Shown: piece after piece, positions 45,970 through 58,630 of the stretch | Layout of the letters: each line of letters begins with the position of its first letter | Position numbering within the stretch: position 1 is the first letter of the stretch | Source: Malacoraja senta | Taxonomy: Eukaryota | DNA: 64,000 nt | Assembly: GCA_038087875.1 (NCBI GenBank) | Contig: JAXLNO010002966.1 | Location: 186,001 to 250,000, forward strand | Reading direction: 5' to 3' | Notes under the pieces: generated by a model | Databases searched by the model: none | Told to the model about the DNA's origin: nothing | Seen by the model: the letters and a program-made list of their open reading frames with translations, nothing else | Program-made: the position numbers and the translations under genes

Positions 45970-47507
45970 TGGATGAGAGTGAGTGAGAGTAAGTGAGTGA
46001 AGAGTGAGTGAGTGTGAGTGGGTGAGAGAGTGAGTGTGAAGATTGAGTGAGAGTGAGTGGGATTAAACAAGTGAGTGAAGTGTGAGTCATTGAGAGTGAG
46101 TGTGAGTGAGTTAGTGTGAATGAGTGATAGTGAGTGAGCGAGTGAGCAGGTGAAAGTGACTGAGTGAGAGAAAGTGTGAGTGAGTGTGTGAGTGAGAGTG
46201 AGTGAGTGAGTGGGTGAGTGAGAGAGTGGGTGAAGAGTGAGAGAGTGGGTGTGTGAGAGTGAGTGAGTGTGTTAATGTGAGAGTGAGTGAAAGTGGGAGA
46301 GAGTGAGTGTGATTGAGTGAGAGTGAGCGTGAATGAGTGGGTGAAGGGTGAGTGAGTGAAGAGTGAGTGAGATTGTGAGAGTGAGTGCATGAGTGAGTGA
46401 AGAGTGAGAGTGAATGAGTGGGTAAGTGAGTGAGAGTAGGTGAGTGAGAGTGATTGGGTGAGTGAGCGTGAGTGAAAGTGAGTGAGAGCATGAGTGAGTA
46501 GGTGAGTCAGTTGGTGAAGAGTGGGTGGGTGAGTGAATAAGTGGGTGAAGAGTGAGTGGGTGAAGAATGACTGGGTGAACATTGAGTGAGTGCGTGGGTG
46601 AAAGTGAGTGTGAGTGAGAGGGTGAGTGAGGGTGAGTGAGAGTGGATGGGGGAGTGAGGATGTGAGAATGTGTGAACGGGTGAGAGTGAGTGAGAGTTAG
46701 TGTGAGTGGGTGAGTGAGTTGGTGAGTGAGTGAGAATGAGTGAGAATGAGTGAGTGGGTGACAGAGTGAGTGTAAGTGAGTGAGAGAGTGAGTGAGTGGG
46801 TGAAGAGTAAGTGGGTGAAGAGTGAGTGAGTGAGTGCGTGGGTGAGTGAGAGTAAGTGAAAGTGAGTGGGTGAGTGAAAGTGAGTGGGTCAGAATGAGTG
46901 GGTGGGAGTGAGTGAGAGTTAGTGAAAGTGAGTGGGTGAGTGAGAGTTAGTGGGTGAGTGAGTGAGTGAGTGAGAGTGAGTGGGTGAGAGTGGGTGAGTG
47001 AGTGTGAGTGGGTGGGTGAGTGAGTGAGAGTGAGTGGGTGAGTGAGTGAGAGTGGGTGAGAGTGAGTGGGTGAAGAGTAAGTGGGTGAAGAGTGAAAGTG
47101 AGTGAGTGCATTGGTGAGTGAGTGAGAGTGTGGGTGAGTGAAAGTGTGTATGTGGGTGACTGAGAGTGAGTGGGTGAGAGTGAGAGTGTGAGTGAGTGAG
47201 TGAGGGTGAGTAAAAGTGAGTGCGTGAGTGAAGAGTGAGTGAGAGTGTGAGTGAGTGGGTGAGAGGGAGTGAGTGGGTGAGTGAGTGAAGAGTGAGAGTA
47301 AGAAGAGTCAGTGATTGAAGAGTGAGTGGGTGAGGAGTGAGTGAGTGAGAGTGAGTGAGTGGGTGAGTGAAGAGTGAGTGAGTGTGAGTGGTTGAGTGTG
47401 AGTGAGAGAGTGAGTGAGAGTGAGCGAGTGAGTGAGAGTTAGTGGGAGAGTGAGAGTGAGTGAGTGAGATTGAGTGTGGGTGAATGAGAGTGAGTGAGTG
47501 AGTGAGA

Positions 47508-48491
47508 GATGGAATGTAAATAAAGTTGAAGCGGGAGATGTAATGTAAATGCCAGCGCCTCTTGAGGCCAGGAGCCCTGTAGTCCAGGATAGAGACCTGT
47601 AGCACAGAATAGAGACCTGCAGCCCAGGATATAGACCTGGAGCCCAGGATGGAGACCTGTAGCCCAGGATATAGACCTGTAGCCCAGGATAGACCTGTAG
47701 GCCTGGATAGAGACCTATAGCCCAGGATAGAGACTTGTAGCCCAGGATATTGACCTATAGCCCAGGATAGACCTCTGAAGCCGGGGATTGTCCACATTTA
47801 GACAGACGTGAGAAACCTAGATGGAGGAGCCAGTCTCCCAGAAGCAAGAAATTGTCTCCTAGATGGAGCCAATCCCCCAGATGACATGATTCGCCGAGAC
47901 GCAGCGAGATGCAGGAGCTAGTCTCCCAGATGTAGTGAGAGGCAACGAGACAGAATCCTTGAGTTTCTAGGTTTTGAGGTGAAAGTGGAAAACAGCAACA
48001 CTCTTAATTGATTCTAATGTAAAACGATATGGATATTAAAGCTCATAAGCAGAATTTAAATCGAATGCAAAATATTATTGAAGGAAACTACATGGAAAAT
48101 GTACAAATGTTCTGCTGAATTAAATGAAGCCAAATCTAAATGGCTTTAGATTTGCATTTTAGTAAATAGTACTGTATTTTCATTTATATGCCGTGGACGT
48201 ACACGTAAATGAAACCCCAAAGTTGAAGGGTGAGATGTAACGTTTGTATTTGTCATCAATATTAACATTGGAAATAGTTTGTTATCCACATTAAATTGAT
48301 TCAAGGTTAAATTTATTAGTATTGAAAAAATTGTGACCTCAAATTTGAAGGGGGAGATGTAATGTAAATAAATTTGAAGGGGGAGATGTAATGTAAATAA
48401 ATTTGAAGGCGGAGTTGTAATGTAAATGCCAGCGCCTCTTGAGGCCAGGAGTACAAGCTGGCGAGTTGGCGTGTGACAGCAGACATTACAG
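47508..48491. repeat. Satellite island, copy 1 (984 bp, longest form)
   Basis: 67-nt terminal direct repeats (47508-47574, 48385-48451), a 20-bp minisatellite (47575-47775), a 281-bp segment absent from other copies, and an extra 29-mer. Confidence 0.9.
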
Positions 48492-51400
48492 AGTGCGAGT
48501 GAGCGGGAATATGGGTGAGCGAGAGTGAATGAGAGAGTGGGGTGAGAGAGAGTGAGTGTGAGTGTGAGTGGGTGAGTGAGTGTGGGTGTTGAGTAGGTGA
48601 AGTGAGAGAGTGGGTGGGTGAGTGCGTGGGTGAGTGAAGAGTGAGAGAGTGGGTGAATGAAGAGTGAGTGAGTGAAGATTGAGTGAGTGAGAGTAAGTGA
48701 GTGAGAATAACTGAGTGGGTGAGTGAGTGTGAAAGTGAGTGAGTGCCATGAGAGAGAGACAGTGAGTGAGTGGGAGTGACGGAGATTGTGAGTGCGTTGA
48801 TGAGTGCAAGTGAGTGTGCGTGAGTAAGACTAAGTGGGTGTATAGTGAGTGTGGGTGAGTGAAGAGTGAGTGAGTGAGGGTGAGTGTGTGGGTGAGTGAA
48901 GAGCGAGAGTGAGGGAGTGGGTGAGTGAGTGAGTGAGTGTGAGAGTGAGTGAGAGTGTGGGTGAGTGAGTGAGTGAAAGTGAGTGGGTGAGAGAGTGAGT
49001 GAAGAATGAGTGAGAATGAGTGATCGTGGGTGAGAGTGAATGATTGTGGGTGAGTGAGAGCGAGCGAGTGGGTGAGAGAGTTTGAGTAAGTGAATAGTGG
49101 TTGAGTGGGTGAGTGAGGGTGAGTGAGAGTGGGTGAGAGAGTGAGTAGGTGAATGAGAGTGGGTGAGTGAATGTGAGTGTGACCGTGAGAGAAGAGTGAT
49201 TGTGAGTGATTGAGTGAAGAGTGAGTGGGTGAGAGTGAGTAAGTGTGTGAGTGACTGAAACTGAGTGAGAGGGTGGTGAAGAGTGTGAGTGAGAGAGTGA
49301 GTGAGTGGGTGAGTGAGAGTGTAAGAGAGCGTGAATGAGTCTGAGTTAGTGAGAGAGTGAGAGTGAGTGCGTGGGAGAGTGAAGAGTGAGTGAGAGTGAG
49401 TGGGTAAGAGATTGTGAGTAAGTGAAAAGTGAGTGAGTTGATGAATGAGAGTGGTTGTGAGAGTGTGAGTGCGACAGTGAGTGAGTGAAGAGTGGTTGTG
49501 AGTGTGTGAGTGAAGAGTGAATGGGTGAGAGTGAGTGAGATCGAGGGAGTGAGAGAGTGTGAGTGAGAGAGTGAGTGGTGGGTGAGTGTGAAAGTGAGTG
49601 TGGATGAGAGTGAGTGAGAGTGAATGAGAGTGAGAGTGAGTGAGAGTGAGTGACAGTGTGGGTGAGTGTGAGTGGGTGAGTGAAGAGTGAGTGAGAGTGA
49701 AGGAGGGATGATTGACAGCGAGTGAGAATGTGAGTGGGTGAGTGCGAGTGAGTGGGTGTGAGTGAGTGATAGTGAGTGACAGTGTGGGTGAGTGACAAGT
49801 TGGGTGAGAGTGTGAGTAGGTGAGTGAGGAGTGAGTGGGTGAGTGAAGTGAGCATGTGAGTGAGAGCAAGTGAGAGAGTGTGTGAGTTCGTGAGTCAGTG
49901 AAGAATGAGTGAGAGAGTGAGTGGGTGAGTGTGTGGGCGAGTGAAGAGTGGGTGAGAGAGTGAGTGAGTGAGAGTGAGTGAGTGTGAGAATGCATGTGTG
50001 TGAGAGAGTGAGAGTGAATGAGAGAGTGAGTGAGAGTGTGAGCATGAGTGAGAGAGTGTGAGTAAGTGAATGGGTGGGTGAGTGAGTGAGTGGGTGAATG
50101 AGAGTGGGTGTGAGAGTGAGTGACTGTAAGTGGGTGTGAGAGTTAGTGGGTGAGTAAGATTGAGAGGATGAGTGAATGTGAGAGAGTGGGTGAGTGTGAC
50201 AGTGAGTAAATTATGAGTGAGCGTGTGAGTGAGTGAGTGAAGGGCGAGTGAGTGGTACTGAGAGAGTGTGAGTGAGTGAGAGTGAATGAAGAATGTGAGT
50301 GAGAGTGAGTGAGTGGGAATGAGTGGGTGAATGACAGTGTGAGAGTGAGTGAGTGTGCATGATAGTGAGACAGTGAGTGAGTGAGTGGGTGAGTGTGAAT
50401 GAGTGAGTAAAGAGTGAGTGAATGAATGAGAGTGAGTGTGACTGGGTGAGTGACAGAGTGAGTGAGTGAAGAGTGAGCGGGTGAGCGAGACTGAGTGTGA
50501 GTGAGTGTGTCAGTGAGTGAGAGAGTGAGTAAGAGTGAGTGAGAGTGTGACTGAGTGAGTAAGAGTGAGTGATAGTGGGTGAGTGAGAGAGTGGGAGTCA
50601 GTGAATGGGTGAGCTTGAGTGAGAGTGAATGAGATAGTGAGTACGTGAATAAGAGTGAGTGAGTGGGAGTGTGGGTGACTGAGTGTGAGTGGGTGAGTGA
50701 GAGTGAGTGAGAATGAGTGAGTGAAGAGCGAGTGAATGGTAGTGAGAGTGAGTGAAGAGTGTGAGAGTGAGTGAGTGAGAGAGTGGGTGAATGAGAGTGT
50801 AAGAGTGAGTGTGCATGAGAGTGAGGCAATGTGTGAGTGGGTGGGAGTGAGTGGGTGAGTGAAGAGTGAGAGAGAGTGGGTGAGAGAGAGTGAGAATCAG
50901 TGAATGGGTGAGATTGAGTGAGAGTGAATGAGATGGTGAGTAAATGAATAAGAGTAAGTGAGTGTGAGTGAGTGAGTGAGTGTGAGTGAGTGGGTGAGTG
51001 TGAGTGGGTGCTAGTGAGTAAAGAGTGAGTGAATGAATGAGTGAGTGAGTGTGAGTGGGTGAGTGACTGAGGGTGAGTGAGTGTGAGTGAGTGGGTTAGT
51101 GTGTGGGTGAGTGAAGAGTGAGAGTGGGTGAGTGAGACTGAGTGAATGATAGTGAGACAGTGAGTGAGAGCGTGTGTGAGATCATGAGTGAGTGGGTGAG
51201 AGAGTGAGAGTGTGGGTGAGTGAGTGAGAGTGAGTGCGTGGGAGTGGGTGAGTGAGAGAGTGGGAGTCAGTGAATGGGTGAGATTGAGAGTGTGAGATAG
51301 TGAGTGAGTGGGAGTGAGTGAGAGTGAGAATGTGGGTGAGTGAGTGTGAGAGTGAGTGAGTGAGTGAGTGAATGAGTGAGTGGAGAGCGAGTGAGAGTTA

Positions 51401-53320
51401 GTGGGCGAGTAAGAGTGAGATAGTGAGTGAGTGTTAGTGTGAGTGGGTGAGTGTGACAGTAAGTTAAGAGTGAGCGTGTGAGTGAGAGTGAGTGAGTGAA
51501 GAGCGAGTGAGTGGTAGTGAGAGAGTGTGAGTGAGTGTATGAAGAATGTGAGTGAGAGTGAGTGAGTGGGAGTGAGTGGGTGAATGACAGTGTGAGAGTG
51601 AGTGACTGTGCATGATAGTGAGACAGTGAGTGTGTGGGAGTGAGAGTGAGTGAGTTGGTGAGTGTGCATGAGTGAGTAAAGATTGAGTGAATGAATGAGT
51701 GGGTGAGTGAGTGTGACTGGATGAGTGACTGAGTGAGTGAGTGTGAGTGGGTGAGTGAAGTGAGTGAGTGTGAGAGAGTGAGTGTGTGAGAGTGAGTGAG
51801 CGAGTGAGAGAGTGAGTATGAGTGAGTGAGTGAGTGTGTTAGTGTGTGGGTGAGTGAAGAGTGAGTGAGAGAGAGTGAGTGACAGTGGGTGACTGAGAGA
51901 GTGAGAGTCAGTGAATGGGTGAGATTGAGTGAGAGTGAATGAGATAGTGAGTGAGTGAATAAGAGTGAGTCAGAGAGTGTGGGCGAGTGAGTGTGAGTGG
52001 GTGAGTGAGTGAAGAGTGTGAGTGAGAGAGTGGGTGAATGAGAGTGTAAGTGAGTGTGCATGAGTGAGCAATGAGTGAGCGAGCGTCAGTGAGTGTGTGA
52101 GTGAGTGTTAGTGAGTAAAGAGCATGAAAGAGTGAATCAATGAGAGTGAGTGTGAGTGGGTGAGTGACTGAGAGTGAGTGGGTGAATGAAGAGTGAGTGA
52201 GAGAGTGAGTGTGAGTGAGTGGGTTAGTGTGTGGGTGAGTGAAAAGTGAGAGTGGGTGAGTGAAGAGTGAGAGTGGGTCAGTGAGAGAGTGTGAATGATA
52301 GTGAGGCAGTGAGTGAGAGAGGGTGAGTGAGAAAATGACTGAGTGGGTGAGAGTGTGGGTGAGTGAGTGAGTGAGAGAGTGAGAGTCAGTGAATGGGTGA
52401 GATTGAGTGAATGAGATAGTGTGAGTCAATAAGATTGAGTGAGTGGGAGCGAGTGAGAGTGAGAGTGTGGGTGAGTGAGAGTGCGTGAGTGAGAATGAGT
52501 GAGTGAAAAGCTGGTGAGTGGTAGTGAGTGTGAATGAGTGAGAGTGAAGAGTGTGAGTGAGAGTGAGAGGGTGGGTGAATGAGAGTGTGAGAGTGAGTGT
52601 GCATGAGAGTGAGACAATGAGTGAGTGAGTGGGAGTGAGTGAGTGTGAGTGAGTGTGAGTGAGTTAGTGAGTAAAGAGTGAGTGAATGAATGAGTGAGTG
52701 AGTGGGTGAGTGACTGAGAGTGAGTGGGTGAGTGACTGAGAGTGAGTGGATGAGTGAAGAGTGAGTGTGAGTGAGTCGGTGAGTGTGTGGGTGAGTGAAG
52801 AGTGAGAGTGGGTGAGCGAGAGTGAGTGTGAGAGTGAGACTGAGTAAGAGTGGGTGAGAGTGGGTGTGGGTGAGTGAGTGTGGGTGAGTGAGTGTGGGTG
52901 AATGAGTGAGAGTGAGTGAGTGAGAGTGGGTGTGAGTGAAAGTGAATGGGTGAGATTGAGTGAGAGTCAATGAGATAGTGAGTGCGTGAATAAGAGTGAG
53001 TGGGTGTGAGATTGAGTGAGACTGTGGGTGAGTGAGTGTGAGTGGGTGAATGAGAGTGAGTGAAGAGTGTGAGAGTGAGAGTGTGTGGGTCAGTGAGTGT
53101 GAGGGTGTGAGATTGTGTGACTATGAGTGGGTGGGTGATAGTGAGAGTGTGAGAGTAAGTGAGTGAAGAGCGAGTGAGTGGTAGTGAGAGAGTGAGCGAG
53201 TGGATGAAGAGTGTGAGTGAGAGTGAGTGAAGGTGAGTGAGAGAGTGGGTGTGCATGAGTGAGAAAATGAGTGAGTGAGAGTGAGTGAGTGGGTGAATGA
53301 GAGTGAGTGAGTGAGTGAGA

Positions 53321-53993
53321 GATGGAATGTAAATAAAGTTGAAGCGGGAGATGTAATGTAAATGCCAGCGCCTCTTGAGGCCAGGAGCCCTGTAGTCCAG
53401 GATAGAGACCTGTAGCACAGAATAGAGACCTGCAGCCCAGGATATAGACCTGGAGCCCAGGATGGAGACCTGTAGCCCAGGATATAGACCTGTAGCCCAG
53501 GATAGACCTGTAGCCCAGGATAGAGACCTATAGCCCAGGATAGAGACTTGTAGCCCAGGATACTGACCTATAGCCCAGGATAGACCTCTGAAGCCGGGGA
53601 TTGTCCACATTTAGACAGACGTGAGAAACCTAGATGGAGGAGCCAGTCTCCCAGAAGCAAGAAATTGTCTCCTAGATGGAGCCAATCCCCCAGATGACAT
53701 GATTCGCCGAGACGCAGCAAGATGCAGGAGCTACACGTAAATGAAACCCCAAAGTTAAAGGGTGAGATGTAACGTTTGTATTTGTCATCAATATTAATAT
53801 TGGAAATAGTTTGTTATCCACATTAAATTGATTCAAGGTTAAATTTATTAGTATTGAAAAAATTGTGACCTCAAATTTGAAGGGGGAGAATAATGTAAAT
53901 AAATTTGAAGGCGGAGATGTAATGTAAATGCCAGCGTCTCTTGAGGCCAGGAGTACAAGCTGGCGAGTTGGCGTGTGACAGCAGACATTACAG
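53321..53993. repeat. Satellite island, copy 2 (673 bp)
   Basis: Collinear with copy 1 apart from the deletion at gagcta|cacgta. Confidence 0.9.
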
Positions 53994-56900
53994 AGTGTGA
54001 GTGAGCGGGAATATGGGTGAGCGAGAGTGAATGAGAGAGTGGGGTGAGAGAGAGTGAGTGTGAGTGTGAGTGGGTGAGTGAGTGTGGGTGTTGAGTGAGT
54101 GAACAGTGAGAGAGTGGGTGGGTGAGTGCGTGGGTGAGTGAAGAGTGAGAGAGTGGGTGAATGAAGAGTGAGTGAGTGAAGATTGAGTGAGTGAGAGTAA
54201 GTGAGTGAGAATAACTGAGTGGGTGAGTGAGTGTGAAAGTGAGTGAGTGCCATGAGAGAGAGACAGTGAGTGAGTGGGAGTGACGGAGATTGTGAGTGGG
54301 TTGATGAGTGCAAGTGAGTGTGCGTGAGTAAGACTAAGTGGGTGTATAGTGAGTGTGGGTGAGTGAAGAGTGAGTGAGTGAGGGTGAGTGTGGGTGAGTG
54401 AAGAGCGAGAGTGAGGGAGTGGGTGAGTGAGTGAGTGAGTGAGTGTGAGAGTGAGTGTGTGGGTGAGTGAGTGAGTGAAAGTGAGTGGGTGAGAGAGAGT
54501 GAGTGAAGAATGAGTGAGAATGAGTGATCGTGGGTGAGAGTGAATGATTGTGGGTGAGTGAGAGCGAGCGAGTGGGTGAGAGAGTTTGAGTAAGTGAATA
54601 GTGGTTGAGTGGGTGAGTGAGGGTGAGTGAGAGTGGGTGAGAGAGTGAGTAGGTGAATGAGAGTGGGTGAGTGAATGTGAGTGTGACCGTGAGAGAAGAG
54701 TGATTGTGAGTGATTGAGTGAAGAGTGAGTGGGTGAGTGAGAGTGTAAGAGAGCGTGAATGAGTCTGTGAGCTAGTGAGAGAGTGAAGAGTGAGTGAGAG
54801 TGAGTGGGTAAGAGATTGTGAGTAAGTGAAAAGTGAGTGAGTTGATGAATGAGAGTGGTTGTGAGAGTGTGAGTGCGACAGTGAGTGAGTGAAGAGTGGT
54901 TGTGAGTGTGTGAGTGAAGAGTGAATGGGTGAGAGTGAGTGAGAGAGTGTGAGTGAGAGAGTGAGTGGTGGGTGAGTGTGAAAGTGAGTGTGGATGAGTG
55001 AGTGAGAGTGAATGAGAGTGAGAGTGAGTGGGTGAGTGAGAGTGAGTGACAGTGTGGGTGAGTGTGAGTGGGTGAGTGAAGAGTGAGTGAGAGTGAAGGA
55101 GGGATGATTGACAGCGAGTGAGAATGTGAGTGGGTGAGTGCGAGTGAGTGAGTGACAGTGTGGGTGAGTGACAAGGTGGGTGAGAGTGTGAGTAGATGAG
55201 TGAGGAGTGAGTGGGTGAGTGAAGAGTGAGCATGTGAGTGAGAGCAAGTGATAGAGTGTGTGAGTTAGTGAGTCAGTGAAGAATGAGTGAGGGAGTGAAT
55301 GTGGGCGAGTGAAGAGTGAGAGAGAGTGGGTGAGAGAGTGAGTGAGTGAGAGAGTGTGAGAATGCATGAGTGTGAGAGAGTGAGAGTGAATGAGAGAGTG
55401 AGTGAGAGTGAGTGAGAGTGAGTGAGTGTGTGAGCATGAGTGAGAGAGTGTGAGTAAGTGAGTGAAGAGTGTGAGTGAGAGAGTGAGTGAATGAGTGTGA
55501 GAGTGAGTATGCATGAGAGTGAGACAATGAGTGAGTGAGTGGGAGTGAGTGAGTGTGAGTGACAGTGTGGGTGTGAGAGTGGGTGAGTGAGAGTGAGTGG
55601 GTGAGTGAAGAGTGAGCATGTGAGTGAGTGTGAGAGAGTGAGTGAGTGAGTCAGTGAAGAATGAATGAGTGAGTGGGTGAGTGTGTGGGCAAGTGAAGAG
55701 TGAGAGAGAGTGGGTGAAAGAGTGGGTGAGTGAGCGTGAGTGAGAGTATGTGAGTGTGAGAATGCGTGTGTGTGTGAGAGTGAATGAGAGTGAGTGAGAG
55801 TGAGTGGGTGTGTGCGTGAGAGTGAGTGACAGTGTGGTTGAATGTGTGAGAGTGAGAGAGTGAAGAGTGAGTGAGCGTTAGTGAGTGTGAATTAGTGAGA
55901 ATGAGTGAATGGGTGAGTGAGAGTGGGTGTGAGAGTGAGTGATTGTAAGTGGGTGAGTGAGAGTTAGTGGGTGAGTAAGAGTGAGATGGTGAGTGAGTGC
56001 TGGTGTGAGTGGGTGAGTGTGACAGTGAGTAAGTTAAGAGTGAGCGTGTGAGTGAGAGTGAGTGAGTGAAGAGCGAGTGAGTGGTAGTGAGAGTGTGAGT
56101 GAGTGTATGAAGAATGTGAGTGAGAGTGAGTGAGGGTGAATGACAGTGTGAGAGTGAGTGACTGTGCATGATAGTGAGACAGTGAGTGTGTGGGAGTGAG
56201 AGTGAGTGAGTTGGTGAGTGTGCGTGAGTGAGTAAAGATTGAATGAATGAGTGGGTGAGTGAGTGTGACTGGATGAGTGACTGAGTGAGTGAGTGTGAGT
56301 GGGTGAGTGAAGAGTGAGTGAGTGTGAGAGTGAGTGCGTGAGAGTGAGTGAGCGAGTGAGTGAGAGAGTGAGTGTGAGTGAGTGAGTGTGTTAGTGTGTG
56401 GGTGAGTGAAGAGTGAGTGAGAGAGAGAGTGAGTGGGTGAGAGTGAGTGACAGTGGGTGACTGAGAGAGTGAGAGTCAGTGAATGGGTGAGATTGAGTGA
56501 GAGTGAATGAGATAGTGAGTGAGTGAATAAGAGTGAGTGTGTGGGAGTGAGTCAGAGTGAGAGTGTGGGCGAGTGAGTGTGAGCGGGTGAGTGAGTGAAG
56601 AGTGTGAGTGAGTGAGAGTGGGTGAATGAGTGTAAGTGAGTGTGCATGAGTGAGCAATGAGTGAGCGAGCGTGAGTGTGTGAGTGAGTGTGAGTGAGTGT
56701 TAGTGAGTAAAGAGCATGAAAGAGTGAATGAATGAGAGTGAGTGTGAGTGGGTGAGTGACTGAGAGTGAGTGGGTGAATGAAGAGTGAGTGAGTGAGAGA
56801 GTGAGTGTGAGTGAGTGGGTTAGTGTGTGGGTGAGTGAAAAGTGAGAGTGGGTGAGTGAAGAGTGAGAGTGGGTGAGTGAGAGAGTGTGAATGATAGTGA

Positions 56901-57956
56901 GGCAGTGAGTGAGAGAGGGTGAGTGAGAAAATGACTGTGGGTGAGAGTGTGGGTGAGTGAGTGAGTGAGAGAGTGAGAGTCAGTGAATGGGTGAGATTGA
57001 GTGAATGAGATAGTGTGAGTCAATAAGATTGAGTGGGAGCAAGTGAGAGTGAGAGTGTGGGTGAGTGAGTGTGAGTGGGTGCGAGAGTGCGTGAGTGAGA
57101 ATGAGTGAGTGAAAAGCGGGTGAGTGGTAGTGAGTGTGAATGAGTGAGAGTGAAGAGTGTGAGTGAGAGTGAGTGAGAGGGTGGGTGAATGAGAGTGTGA
57201 GAGTGTGCATGAGAGTGAGACAATGAGTGAGTGGGAGTGAGTGAGTGTGAGTGAGTGGGTGAGTGTGAGTGAGTTAGTGAGTAAAGAGTGAGTGAATGAA
57301 TGAGAGTGAGTGAGTGACCGAGAGTGAGTGGGTGGGTGACTGAGAGTGAGTGGATGAGTGAAGAGTGAGTGAGTGAGTGAGAGAGTGAGTGTGAGTGAGT
57401 CGGTGAGTGTGTGGGTGAGTGAAGAGTGAGAGTGGGTGAGCGAGAGTGAGACTGAGTAAGCGAGAGTGAGAGCGAGAGTGAGAGTGAGACTGAGTAAGAG
57501 TGGGTGAGAGAATGAGTGAGTGAGTGTGGGTGAATGAGTGAGAGTGAGTGAGAGTGGGTGAGTGAGTGAAAGTGAATGGGTGAGATTGAGTGAGAGTCAA
57601 TGAGATAGTGAGTGCGTGAATAAGAGTGAGTGGGTGTGAGATTGAGTGAGAGTGTGGGTGAGTGAGTGTGAGTGGGTGAGTGAGAGTGAGTGAAGAGTGA
57701 GAGTGAGAGTGTGTGGGTCAGTGAGTGAGGGAGTGAGATTGTGTGACTATGAGTGGGTGGGTGATAGTGAGAGTGTGAGAGTAAGTGAGTGAAGAGCGAG
57801 TGAGTGGTAGTGAGAGAGTGTGAGTGAGTGAGCGAGTGGATGAAGAGTGTGAGTGAGAGTGAGTGAAGGTGAGTGAGAGAGTGGGTGTGCATGAGTGAGA
57901 AAATGAGTGAGTGAGAGTGAGTGAGTGGGTGAATGAGAGTGAGTGAGTGAGTGAGA

Positions 57957-58630
57957 GATGGAATGTAAATAAAGTTGAAGCGGGAGATGTAATGTAAATG
58001 CCAGCGCCTCTTGAGGCCAGGAGCCCTGTAGTCCAGGATAGAGACCTGTAGCACAGAATAGAGACCTGCAGCCCAGGATATAGACCTGGAGCCCAGGATG
58101 GAGACCTGTAGCCCAGGATATAGACCTGTGGCCCAGGATAGACCTGTAGCCCAGGATAGAGACCTATAGCCCAGGATAGAGACTTGTAGCCCAGGATATT
58201 GACCTATAGCCCAGGATAGACCTCTGAAGCCGGGGATTGTCCACATTTAGACAGACGTGAGAAACCTAGATGGAGGAGCCAGTCTCCCAGAAGCAAGAAA
58301 TTGTCTCCTAGATGGAGCCAATCCCCCAGATGACATGATTCGCCGAGACGCAGCGAGATGCAGGAGCTACACGTAAATGAAACCCCAAAGTTAAAGGGTG
58401 AGATGTAACGTTTGTATTTGTCATCAATATTAATATTGGAAATAGTTTGTTATCCACATTAAATTGATTCAAGGTTAAATTTATTAGTATTGAAAAAATT
58501 GTGACCTCAAATTTGAAGGGGGAGATGTAATGTAAATAAATTTGAAGGCGGAGATGTAATGTAAATGCCAGCGTCTCTTGAGGCCAGGAGTACAAGCTGG
58601 CGAGTTGGCGTGTGACAGCAGACATTACAG
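57957..58630. repeat. Satellite island, copy 3 (674 bp)
   Basis: As copy 2. Confidence 0.9.

Noticed and set aside
45700-46000. Biological adjacency of the satellite to the MHC-like locus
   Set aside because: The junction is an assembly gap, so distance and linkage are not shown by the sequence.
47575-47775. 20-bp repeat array as a CRISPR array
   Set aside because: The units are directly adjacent with no unique spacers, the context is eukaryotic, and there are no cas genes. It is a minisatellite.
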